Shown: in pieces, positions 23,967 to 36,114 of the stretch
How the letters are laid out: every line of letters starts with the position of its first letter
Numbering within the stretch: the first letter of the stretch is position 1
DNA from: Massalongia carnosa
Taxonomy: Eukaryota
Direction: 5' to 3'
DNA: 64,000 nucleotides
Assembly: GCA_965645245.1 (NCBI GenBank)
Contig: OZ287071.1
Span: 2,480,001-2,544,000, forward strand
Made by a program: the position numbers and the translations under genes
Notes under the pieces: generated by a model
Databases searched by the model: none
Told to the model about the DNA's origin: nothing
The model's input: the letters and a program-made list of their open reading frames with translations, nothing else

Positions 23967-26774
23967 TCACTGATTGACGAGGGACTTCTGGCACATATCG
24001 CAGCGCGGTGCATGGCAAGAAGTACATTTGGCATCAAGAATATAGCTATGGGGACCATCGGTGCATTTACACTGCATATAATCAGTAAACGTAGGGACTC
24101 ATCAAATCATTTATCAAAAGCTTACGCAATACCACATTCGGCTTTGTTTAAGTTCACTGCTGAAACAATCTGCAGAAGAGCCAGCTTGCATTGTAGGCGG
24201 CGAGGAGTGGGCCGAGTAGGCTCCTTCAGTACATGGGGGCGAAAGTCCCTGCTCGGCATCATCGCTACTTCCCTCGGTGGAATCGACCCCATCAGGGCCG
24301 GAGGATGGACCTCCGCTCTCCGGAACATCCTCCGTTCTCATGAACCCTTTTGGAACATCTTTATCTAAAGGGTACCACTGATGAATGCCCTGGCCTTTTT
24401 TGAAATGTAAATCATCAATATGATTGAATCGTTCATCCCAAGCCTCTAGACCTCGCTTTTGGAGGGAGATAATCCTCTGGCAAAATCCGCACCAGAAGCC
24501 AGTTTGGCCGTTCCTTCCTATCCGATGTTGCCTGGCTTGCGCTCGAATGTACTCGTCGCTTTCGATGAGATGGTGGTCTTTGAGATGAGCTTGGAACTGC
24601 TCTCGGCGGTGGAATACCCGGGCACACAACTTGATCAAGCTCGTAGGACTTTCTTCGTGGCATCGCCATGTCTCAATTTGATAATGCTGGGTGTTTTCGT
24701 GCCGTTTCCAATCATTTTTACTTCCAAAAGCTTTGGTACACGACGTAAAAGTGCATCCATACGGCCGAGTGTGGCGCTTGTTGTGCTTCCTACTATCTAT
24801 TAGCATAAATTGTCGAAGAAGGAATGCAGCATACTTGAGATCGCAAAGTCTTATCATGGTCTTTGAGCAATATTCGCAGGCAACCCGCTTCCGTTTTGGG
24901 TCGGGCGTGTCGGCTGAAGAAATTTCTGCAGAGCTGCGTTTGCGGGTTCTGTTGGTATGGAGAAGTTTCAGTACGCTTTGCTCGAGAATCGCCTGGATTT
25001 CTTCCACGGATCCCGTGCTCATGCGTTTAACCACATCAGATGCCATAGCCTGCGAAACTTGCTCGGCATTTGTTTGGATGGCGGTACGTTCCCCTTGATG
25101 TGTGGTTTGAATGCCTAGATACCTGGTCGTTGCTTGAGGCGGCTGCTCAGCCTGTTCTTGAGTTCGGTCCCTTTGAGGTGAATTGCAGGATGATGCTGAG
25201 CGCTTGATGCTAATAAATTGTACCGTACCATCTGTGCCTTCTAGTAGAGAGGCCTGATTTTGATCCGGTAAAGTAATAGAAATAGTGGGGGATATATGAT
25301 ATTGGCGTGTGTCAGCGTCATGTACCTGGATGTGAGAGCCATGTCCTTCCAAATGACCTCGTCCGATGAATTGAGACAATGAATTAGGTGACTCGTGCAC
25401 TTCCATCCCAGCTGGCAATACATTCTGTAACGCGTGAAGATTAGTAAATTCCGGGGGTTTTGTTAGGTCTCGCTCCGCCTTAGATAGATCTAACTCCTGA
25501 GAAAAATCATCAACGTTATGAGATCGTAATGAAAATCCAGAATTTAGATGGGAACTAGGTCAATATCAACACTCTATGTATCCGGATTCATTCGAAAGAA
25601 CAACTGACATCCTCACAAGCTCCTCGCAGTCCATTTCCTTGTGCATGCGAGAGCAGTGCTGACGAAAATTATCAAGACGAGGCCAGATTTTCTCTTTCTT
25701 TGGGCAGTTCGTCGCTGCGCAGCGGTAGCTCTTGTCAGAAGCATTTCGTGGGGTTATCTTATGCACACTCTTCTTATGTCTTTCTAAATCGTTTTTGGTG
25801 CTAAACCCGGCTTTCCTATTGCAATTGGATTCTTCGCATACAAATGGCTTTGTATGACGGAGCATATGCTTTCTAAGACGTACATCAGTCAGAATGCGGC
25901 CATGTGAATCAGAAAGTATCTACCTCAGATCCGATTGGCTTTTCAGGTCCGACTGGTGACATTCCGGTTCAGGACAGATCAAAGGCAACAGTGCGGCTGG
26001 ATCCTCAGGCACGTTTGAAATATCAAATGGATATGGAACACCCTGGGGAAGGCTCAAGTCGTGTCCTTGGAAATGCTCGTCTGGATATATTTGCATTTCG
26101 TTAACATCGCCAATAAGACTTTGACATTCTTGGCTATGATCAACATGCTCTGTGCTTCGGACCGACTTAGTCGCAACGCTTTTCGATTCATATCCAGAAT
26201 CAAGCGGATTTCTTCCTGTAGTATTGCTCCCCAGATCCGACCGAGGAGTGTCTCGATATTGATTTGATGCGCCAACGGGGGGGTTAAGTCGACTGTAAGA
26301 GCCCGAGTCCTCTGCGATGCGTTGTGAAGACCAAGGACCAGGATCATTGTAAAACCGGAAAAGTGGGTTTGTATCCAGGTCACTTTGCTTCATGGAGGGA
26401 AGCTGCACATTGTGTGGAAAGACATCAACAACCGCTGGAACTCCTACAAAGTTTGGTCTTTCTAATAGTCCTGCAGTAGGCTGCAATAAATGATCTAATG
26501 CAATTGAAGGAGAAATGGCTATATTTGGAGTGTTCCATGAGTCCAGGGCAGGATCAACAGGGATAGGTGGAGGTGGCATATTTCCTCGCGTGGGACCGTG
26601 CGATCTTCTGGGCGAGGTTCTTTCTGGTCCGAAGGCTCTTTCGTATTGAAGCTATCACCATGGCAAAGTCAGCATAGATTCCACTTCGTCGCTATTTACT
26701 CAATTCCCAACGAAAGCTCTTCGTACATGTGGCTGTGCTTGACCATCCGACTGTCCTCTGTCGTAAAGGGACAT
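23967..26774 (-). CDS. Multi-finger C2H2 zinc-finger transcription factor (ZF-1) with a C-terminal Cys-rich module
   Basis: Spliced from ORFs 25920-26579, 25566-25865 and 24114-25418 plus a last exon ending at 23967. Fingers include HTKPFVCEESNC, HTRPYGCTFTSCTKAFGSKNDWKRHENTQH and FWCGFC...WDERFNH. The first exon (26774-26727) is tentative; the alternative start is 26579. Confidence 0.88.
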
Positions 26775-27479
26775 ATCTGGGTTGGTCCTTTGTTTCTTAA
26801 CCACTACTAGGCAAGGATATAATGCTGCTTGTAGTTCTGTTTAAGCTTGTCTATCCTTTGGACTGGTATACTCTGATCGTTTTTCCAGGACGAAACATAC
26901 GGATATAGTTTGGAGAACCTCCAGAAAGTCACAAGGACGAACGCAAGATGATTACATGCGCTCACTGCCCATGCACAGCCTAGTTCCGGGATTTTCAAGA
27001 GCCTCATGGTGATTGAACGCGCTGAATTGGATAACAGTGATGTCTTCGGAAAAGGTTGAAACAAGTCAGCTGCGGTCCTTTGCATGCAGGCGTAAGGGAG
27101 CTCTGATTTGATGAATGTGCTTACGGCGTCTTATTGTACGACCAGTGACAGGTTCCTTTTCATAGGCGTATTGGAGAAAACAAGGCGAGCTAGAATGCGC
27201 AACCTAGTTTGCCTGACATTGCCTGATTTTCCTCCATTTTAACCGGTGTGGGTAATGTCACGTGTGTCGAATGGCGTGGCCGTGGAGGTACGCAGCGTAC
27301 AGATACATACTAGCCAAGTCTGAGGGACGTTCTAGAGTAGAGGTAGCATACTCCTACCAGATCTATTGAGGCTTGTATGAGTAAAGAATTCGACGACCAT
27401 GGGCGCATGCTTCTCTGTTCTGAGTACTCTCAGAATTTTGGCTATTAACCGTGATACTGCAACTCCAAAATCGTAGCAC

Positions 27480-29643
27480 CTAGGTTTCTTATTAAGCGTT
27501 TCTAATATCGACTACCTACTGGCAAAGAAATCCGTCATTACAGCTTGCCTAGAGCTAATCGCCATTGAGGTGTTGATATCCCACTCTTTACGATTCAGAA
27601 GAAGTATCAAATCATCGTCACCGACCTCTCGTTGCTTCTCATATTCGTAGAGCGTCCTTGTTTTGAACACGTGATACAATGACCTTCTCCTCCGTCTCGT
27701 ATTCCCTTTTCATGATCATCATATATAGCAACGATGTGATCCTTCAAATCCTCTTCGATATCCTCTACCACCTCTTCAACAGGATTCAGAAATTCGTCAT
27801 ACGCATGACGCTTTGTATATGACCACGATCTTTCAAACGCCGTATTGTAGCTTGTATCTGTAGTCGTTGCTCCGTTTCTTGCTCTTGCGCCCGAGTCTCA
27901 TTGAGATAGTCATATTTCTCTGCCTCTTCTTGAGTCATTGACCCATATTTTGCCCCGATTACACGAGATTTCAGTCAACAATTAGAGATAGTTAACTGAG
28001 TAACACCGTAATTCTAGGCGACTACGCATCAACGTATTGTCATCAGTACGTTGATGATTTTTAACGACTTCCTATCTTCGGAGATCATGTATTCTAGTCA
28101 GCGTTGTCTGTAAAAAGCGCCTATAATACCCTGATCCGGCGGCTGACATAAGCTGACAGAAATATTGCCCAGACGTGCTGTGGCTCAGCCTTCGCCTTTA
28201 TTAACCTTTTCCGGTTAACTCGGCGCTAACTTATTTAGCCTACAGGTCTAACTTTATAGTGTTAGGCTTTGCTTACTAAGTTCGCTGTCTGCCCCCCGAA
28301 GCATGCGTAGTAAGCTAAATAGAGTCTTAACCCAAAACAGTTAAACTATTCACTAAACTAGCTTAGCTTTAGACTAATAATATACTAATCTGATAGGTTT
28401 AGCTGTGGCGAGGGCAAGGCAGCACGGCAGGTACTGAGGCAACAGAAATATAACGCTGACATTGAATAAACCACCTTCAGCAATTATGATATTCCAGCCG
28501 CTTTGATGAGCTGAAAATTTGTCAATTAACAATACAACCTTACGACTTACGTTGTCATTAAATCAGCGTAAATACCCCCGAAATATATCGCCCGACATTC
28601 AAGCTCTGCTGTTGCTGCATCATATCATATGCAGATTACAAGCGTGAACATTTTGTGAATCAAAAGCACGCGAGTTTTTGATCGTCTCAATGAATCATAT
28701 GAGAAGCTTGTGAGTTCCAGTAGCATTGCAACAGAAATTTGCAATAATTTTCGCTTTTTCCACCTTGCCGTCTGAGAGCTGTTCCGTAGTCAATGTAGTA
28801 CTGAGTGTAGCCTTTCAAAATAATGCAGTTTCATTCATGTTGTAGATATCTTCCTGATCGTATGATAATAGTTGTACTCGTATTACTTCTAATTCTTCTT
28901 CAACCTCCACACGCTTGACGAAATCGAGCTCGCCGTGTTGTTCATGTTTTGTAATCTTGTATCTTCTTTTGAAAGAATCCAGTCATTCAATAGAAAATCC
29001 GGAAGATAATTGATTACGGTACAGAGGCAATCGTTTTCAAAATTTCAAGGTCATTTCTCTTAACAAATCGTCCGACAAAGGCGCTCTTTTGCGTTGCATG
29101 CGCTGTTGGCACTCAAATAAGGCCGTTTCTAATTCAGGTCAATGTGCAGTTCGAGTTTTCTTCAGATTCGGGCGTAGCAATGCGTGAGATGTATCCAGAT
29201 GAGCCCATTTATGTGAGAGGATATTGGAAACTTGTCTTTTGTCAATTTTATAACGGTAAAGATTGTCAAACCAAACGGCCAGTTTTTCGTATTTCTTGTC
29301 ATCTCCAGATACAGCAGGATCTTGATAACGCTGTCGTAATGCTAGTCGTTAATCGTCGATAAAGACGTCATGCCTTTTTCTGCTTCTCTCCCTGAGAGAA
29401 AGCGGAGATGTAGGACGTTTTCGAGGATTTCGAGATGAAGTCTCCGGATTTTGACTATTATATCTCAAAGAAGTCGAAGGAGAAGTCATATTTGCTATAA
29501 GAAACCACCGCAAAATTTTTAGAGAAAATTAAGAAACTTTCTAATAGAGCGAGGTTCCTTATCCCTCACTAGAAAAAAACCGGTCTTTTCGTCCGAATTT
29601 CGAGGTTTCTTAATCAGCAGTTTCTTATAACCCGATCTGACTG
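27480..29643 (-). mobile_element. Degenerate pogo/Tigger-type (CENP-B HTH + DDE_1) DNA transposon
   Basis: Minus-strand remnants *PELETALFE...LLREM...FSIE*LDSFKRRY...HGE...DIYNMNETALF*K...CCNATGTHKL...A*MSGDIF...KVVLLIDKFSAH...CQPPDQGII with many in-frame stops. One terminus CAGTCAGATCGGGTTATAAGAAAC next to TA (29644-45). The other TIR was not found, so the left boundary is approximate. Confidence 0.88.
28163..28444. mobile_element. Solo LTR (or MITE-like insert), 282 bp, nested in the pogo relic
   Basis: Ends TATTGCC...GGCAACA (TGTTGCC/GGCAACA inverted pair with one G>A). 4-bp direct repeat GAAA on both sides (28159-62, 28445-48). Removing it with one GAAA copy rejoins the transposase codons V-I-F-L. 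Interior is TpA-rich. Confidence 0.75.
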
Positions 29644-30482
29644 TACCACCTCCTTGCATCGACTGCTTCTTCAGCAGCTCCCACCTCAAGCCGTGTGAAG
29701 GGATGTAAGCGTGTGTGGTTGTCAGGAATCATGATTTAATGCTTCACACGAAACAATGCAACTGATGCTACGATGTTTACATGTCGATTATGCACTTGTG
29801 ATAATTTTTGGAAACTTCTATTACCTTTACCTTTATCTTCGTCGTCATAAGTCTACATTTTTACTTGGTTTCCCATCAAAAAACAACATGGAGTTGTTCT
29901 GAGCGCTGGTGAATTAGCTATAGGTTTGATTTTACGTTTGGAGTTAGTGCCGATGATAATTGATCTTATATGAGACTTCGAGGCTACTGGGGGCGTATCT
30001 AGACTTGTTTCCATTTCGTTCATTGCTTGGTTCTCCATCTGGATCCAGCGTGAGATAAGAAAAAGGCAGCTTTATACAGGCTTTGCAAGATCGATAATCA
30101 GGTTATTCTATTTACGACTGGGAAACTCCTAGCGTTTGGAATTAAGCAGCTTTGTGGCATTTTCTCTGCTAAGTAATCAAAGCCTTTTAGTCCGACACCG
30201 GGAAAAAGTACAGCTATCCACCAATATACCAGCTTACAAAATATGATGGGCTGCGCCCCGAGCATATCAGACTGGTCAGATTGCCAAGAAATATGCTTGG
30301 TGCATGAATACGATGTAGCTTGATCCACGTGCCGATAGATGGATTGCCAGAGAACTGGTCAAATCTCTCACATGTGGGAATGCCGTCAAGTCTTATGAGA
30401 TTTTGGTTAAGGCTGTGGCCTTGGCATTTTTTCGTTGCTATGTATACGATAATTTAAAATCACAGGCGCCGCTAGACTCGTC

Positions 30483-31630
30483 TTGATTAATCGAGACAGT
30501 GAGTTAGAAAAGGTTGGTCAAGTTCGCCTCATGAGCCATATCTTCCATAACGCTTCCACTGTGGTGGCTTGGTTCGATGGTTTACCGCGCACTACACAAG
30601 CCGCAAAGCTTCTGGCCGAGCTGCGGGGATTAAGGGAGAGGCACAAGCTTTGGGAAAGGATTTTATACAGGCATTACCTCAAAAAGGGCAGAGCAGACGA
30701 ATGGTTTGTCTTCATCAATTACTCTAAATGCCATGACTCCGCCAAGTGTGTCATTCATGAAGTAGCCGTAGCCCAAACGTTGCAACTTATAGCCAGAGGG
30801 AGACTGCTAGACTAGAGGATGTTTATTGCCGTTGCCAGCAGGGTGTATGACACTCCTTTCATGCCCCTCCTCCGAGAAGGGGAAGACCTCCTTAAAGCAA
30901 GATATATTATGCACGATGCTGTCAAGCATGCGCTCATAATGTCACTGCTCAGACACACGTTTCACCATGGAGCTTGCCCCCTTTGGCGGCATTGCTCCAC
31001 TTTTGTGTTGATGAGATTCTTGAGCTAATATCCGTCCTTCAGGGTATTTATTTGAAGATCCAGTTCCATGGATTTTTAGAAAAGATCTATCTCTGGCTAG
31101 ATGAAGCACGGCGCAATGCATAAGGGTTTATATAAGACGTGTACATCAATGGACAGACTCTATCAAAGGCATTCTAGCGGGCTTCAATGAATGGTAGAAC
31201 CGCTACAGACGCTACAGAGCGTCCAGCTTCGGCCTATTAGAGACGAAAATTCTGTTACATGAACAGTTGATGGCATAATGTTGAAATTACTACGGAGGTG
31301 ACTGCTTTAAAGCAGTCATGGCAGCCTGCAGGGCTGAGCTAGAACTAATAGGGCTAAGCGAGTATTCCAATAAATTCCGTGTCACGAAGGGTGATATGGG
31401 CCTAATACCGCCATTCTCAAAAGTAGGTGACTCGGTCTGCCTTCTACTTAACGCCAAAACACTACATATTTTGCGATAGGATAATATCGAAGACGAAAAT
31501 AGGAACGATACTATGGAAGTATGCCTTCACCCAACTGGTAGGTGAATGCTATGTTCATGGGATGATGGATGGAGAACTGTTATCTGAGGCTTAGAGGAAA
31601 GAGATCATCCTAGGAGGTTTATCCTACATT
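30483..31630 (+). pseudogene. Decayed HET-domain (HET-6-like) gene
   Basis: Fragments INRDSELEKVGQVRLMSHIFHNASTVVAWF (HET core), VIHEVAVA, MGLIPPFSKVGDSVCLL and QLVGECYVHGMMDGEL (HET-6-like C-terminus), interrupted by stops, frameshifts and apparent deletions. Confidence 0.8.
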
Positions 31631-34600
31631 GACGACCTCCAACCTTTTATTTACTCACAATAGCGCCGATTCTCTCCTAGAAGATCCCTGCTCATGCTAC
31701 GAAGAGGATTCATACATGATTTGAGGCACCCACATTCGTTATGCTAAGCATAGATGGTGAAGTGTTCCCATAGCGGTAAATGGCTGTCTTCCAGATCCGA
31801 AGAATCAGTCCCTGTATCACAAAGGACCAAACCAATCAATGACTTGATCTTGCTTGAAATTTACATCAACCTCTAGTTTAGCTCACCCGCTTGCGCTCTT
31901 CTTCAAGAACCATTAGCGTTCTCCATCTTTAAAAGGAGGAAGAAACTCGGTAGCCTGCTCCTGTGAAACAGCGCCTGGTATCCTGCAGCGATGCGTGTTA
32001 CTTGGCAAAGTCTAAGCTCACAACGAACAAATAAAACCAACCGTCTTTCGGCGGTACACCGTTCCAGCCAAAATCTCAAAATGTCTGTTATACCATTTCC
32101 GATACTATTATAGTTCAAATAATTAAGAATCCTAAACCAAATGAATAGGAAACCAAACACAGATGTCAAGGTCAGGAAACGGCGTTCCTCTTTCATGCTC
32201 CTTGAATTTTAACGGCTTGATAGGCTTCACTTTGTAAGAGCAAAAACACGCTGGAAAACGTTGCAGCTTCTAACCGAAGCGCGTTTTATGTTTCTTACTC
32301 ATTCCCCCTTTTTTATAAATTCTTCTTTCGCCCTTTATTTCATCCTCTTCTCATTCTTCCGCTTATATAGTCCTGGTGCTCGATATTTCACTACTTTACA
32401 CCCATTTAATTCCATTAAGTGGCAAGTTCAAGAAAATTTTAATCCACCGCACAGAATTCAATGCTCAGCGTTGGAAAGTGTGATAAGCTAATAAGTTTAT
32501 TGCCATATAGCCTTCGAGGTTAAGGCCGCCTAGTTCTCTACCTAGATCAAGTATGAACTGCTCCACAATGGCCCATTTTTACGGGAAATTATCTCTAGAT
32601 AGTCTCTACGATCGTTGATCTAGTGCGTCTTCCGTTTAGAATGTCATCAACTGCTCTACATTTTTGTAACATTTTATCCGCAACCAAACCATAAAGTCCC
32701 AATTGCAGTAAGGTTCTTCTACATGAATCCCTTAGAAATGGGCTGGCGGAACCTATGGGACCAATTCACCGAGATTTCTCATGTTCCCATTAGTCGTCAG
32801 TAATGTCTCTTTTGTGCAGAGGAGATTAAAGAGTACTAACCTACTGCAGCATCATATTAGCGAGCTATCATTTTCGCACGAACTTCCTGCAATCCACGAT
32901 ACGCTCAAATATGGGATCAAAACTCCTAGTCTGTGTGTACAGGCTCTTTATGATTCCGCCTTACCTTGATTTTTCGCACATCGTTCCTAACAGCTTGACC
33001 CTAGGTGTTCTTCAGACATATGAGTTTTATTTATCTCAGTTTTCATCGTAGAAGTCACGGCAACAATTCTTTTAATCAGATGTATTAGGGTATTAACCCC
33101 AAGGCTAAAAAACAGCTCACTCAAAAAAGGCATAGACACCTGATTTATTTACTCTATCCTACTCTGTAAATGGTGATAACCTCGAGATCTAAACGCTTCA
33201 CCTCAAAGCCAAGAAGCAAGCAAGACATGATATAGTAAAGCTTGCCTATTCAGCACTAATCCTTCAGATTAATGCTTCTACACCATTATAGGTCATCACT
33301 AGCTGATATAGACTAAAATGTATTAGAGGGACAGGTGTATGGAAATTGACACATTGTTATGTTATTCTCCAAGTATCACTATAGTATCATCAGCATTATA
33401 AGCCGATCTCTGTGATTCTCCTAAGTATCATCAGTTACACGGCGTTTGGGTTTACCCCTAGAACCTCCTTTACCTGGGTGAAGCGAATATTTTATGTGTA
33501 AGCTGATAAGTTTGAACCTAAAGCTATAATAATGTAAATGACGAGCGCTGACATCTTTCTAAAGTTTAGAGACATAAAATTTCAGAGTCGCAATTGGCTC
33601 CCATCCTCCATTTTCTAATAATATTATGCTATCAGTAAGATTTTCATTATTCTATATCAAGAAAGTTCCATCTCGCAGCATCCGAAGCTACCAACAAGTA
33701 CAGCGTCGCCCAAGATTGGCCTGCTCCAATCCAGCAGTGTGACTAAACATGGTAGGAAAGCCCTCAACTACAACTGAAATTGGTGGACGTCCCATCTGTA
33801 CTTGTGAAGGTCACTGCTGTTTTCAATTAGAATTGATCTTTCGGAGTTAGAGCATCATGCACCTCGAGGACCTCAACATGCCGTAGCGCATCTAGGGCAA
33901 TGCTTTCCCGGCAAAACCCACTGCTCAATACCACGGGCAGCACATGTGGGGCATTTCACTCCGGGCATCTTTATGATCAGCCTAGTATCAGCACGGAATA
34001 GGCATTGATATCAAGAGACTTTATCATATATGACTGAGTTTACTCACAGGCAGGTGAGACTTGGGCTGATCATCCCCCGTTGCCAAAACCGGGACTTCGG
34101 GGACAGAAGCGAGCTGTGATATCTCGGAAGCGGAATGCATGTTGAGTAGTGTCTGGGGCTAATACTACTGATCGTGTGTGTAGTGTGTCTGAGCAATATA
34201 AAGTTGGGAATCTTGTTATTTTTGTGGGTTTATAGAGCCTTGAAGTGGCGGACACAGCTGATTATATAGACTTTTTTCGACCTACCAGTGAGGCTCGATA
34301 ATCTCATACTCCTTGATTCAAATTGCGCTCAATGTCCATCGATAGCGAGCCTCTCAAAAGTGATTACAGGAGCGCTACTGGTGGAGAAGCCTCAGCAGGC
34401 CACACCAAATCCACGCCCAGTCTGGCCATGAATCACCCGCTTCAACGGGGTAATCTAACTTTAATGAGATTCGGATTCCCCGCCACTAAAGCTGTGCGTC
34501 TAGACTCCGGTAGTGTTGAGTTGCCAGTACCCGGTTTAAACATATCATATCCGAGATGTATTACTTCCACATCAAGGCATCTCGGTGATTCCCCAGTATC

Positions 34601-36114
34601 TGGCATGACTCCTGCAAGTACTTAGTCCCCTGTGACGGCGCTGAAGCTAGCTATCATTCAGGACCTACGAGAAAGCAGTTAAGCCAAAAGCAACAACGCA
34701 TATTTCCCTAGGGTCAGATTTCGTATTCCATACTTTAAAAGAGACATACAACGAGGGCATGAGACTTTACCTTTCTACCCGAAACGCTATCTGCTTAGAC
34801 TTCACAGCCCTATTGCCCTCAGATGTGCAGGAATCCGCTTTAAGTTTTGATCATGATACACCTTGGATGAGACGATAAGACACCTGCACGACATGATTTT
34901 ATGGTTATTGGCGGGAAGTGCTCAGTGTCATATTATGTGACTTCTAAAGCAGCTTTTTTGAATCCATCCCCAGCATTTTCTTTAAGAGCACCGTGGGCGT
35001 ATTTGCCTCCGCCGATATAGACAGATTAGAGCTTCATCATTGAATACCTTCCAATCATGCAATGCATGTATGTCATTCACACCGCCCCTTATGATCAGCG
35101 AAGGCGAAATACCAGGCTCAAGAGGGCATGATTACATTGTTTTTGAAGATAACCTAAACTACACACACGCGAGATAATCTTTTACTTTGGGGTTTAAATT
35201 CTGCCCTGCTGACATCATTCAACGTCTATCAAATGGAGAGCCTTTCTCTTCAACCTAGCTCAGCTGATGGACGAAGCAGCTAGACCTTGATCTATCTCGC
35301 AGCATGGTATGGAGAAGCATTGCACCTATGGACCCGGTTGATCGTGTGTTTGAGACCCCTGATTAGCGCAGGATCAGGCTATTTTGATTACTGAGACACC
35401 AATCATTGCAGGCTTTTCTGTCCTTGATGTGTCTATTACGTCAATTTCTCGTTAAAACAAAGGGATTCTACGCAACATTGGCTCCGACGGACTGGATCAC
35501 CGCCTTGATGGTAGCTCGCCTGAACGGAAACTGCAATTTTTACATTAATGCTAATATTCTTCGTGTGCTTTGGTCCTGCTGAATCCTGGACTTGGCTGCA
35601 CTGAATTTAAAGCTAGAAATCAGCAAGCTGTCTTCAGCTACGAAGATTCTCGATTTGCAAATGGCCATCCTAGGCTTAGGAATGTACCATTCTCTCTTCT
35701 ACCCCTCTCCACAGCTGCAAAAATTCTGCAGTTCTTACTTTTGATCAAGCGAAGCGCAGGCTGCAAATTAGACGTCTTGGTCACGTTAAATTCTCAGGGA
35801 GAACATATATAGCTATATAGAATATGTATAGAACAGGCATTGAAAACCCAGGGGGTGGTATTTATGAGAACCCTTGCCATGGTAACAGGACTCCATATCG
35901 CTCGCTCGCGGCTTAGCACAACTTCTCTTAGCTGGAAAATAAGCTCGAAATGCTTTACACAGCAACCATGATATTTGCGTCCTCCAGCTCTACGCAGTAG
36001 AGCCGGGGCAGACCTCCGTCTACTCCCAAATACCTTGAGTGTGTAAATTAAAGGCAAAAATCAAGAGAAGCATGCTATGCACGTAATCTTAACGCCATCC
36101 CAAGAATCATCATC

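Noticed and set aside
31700..36050. Possible decayed gene or element between the HET pseudogene and PLC
   Set aside because: Only short ORFs with no recognisable motif, TIR or LTR; cannot be called without a translated search.
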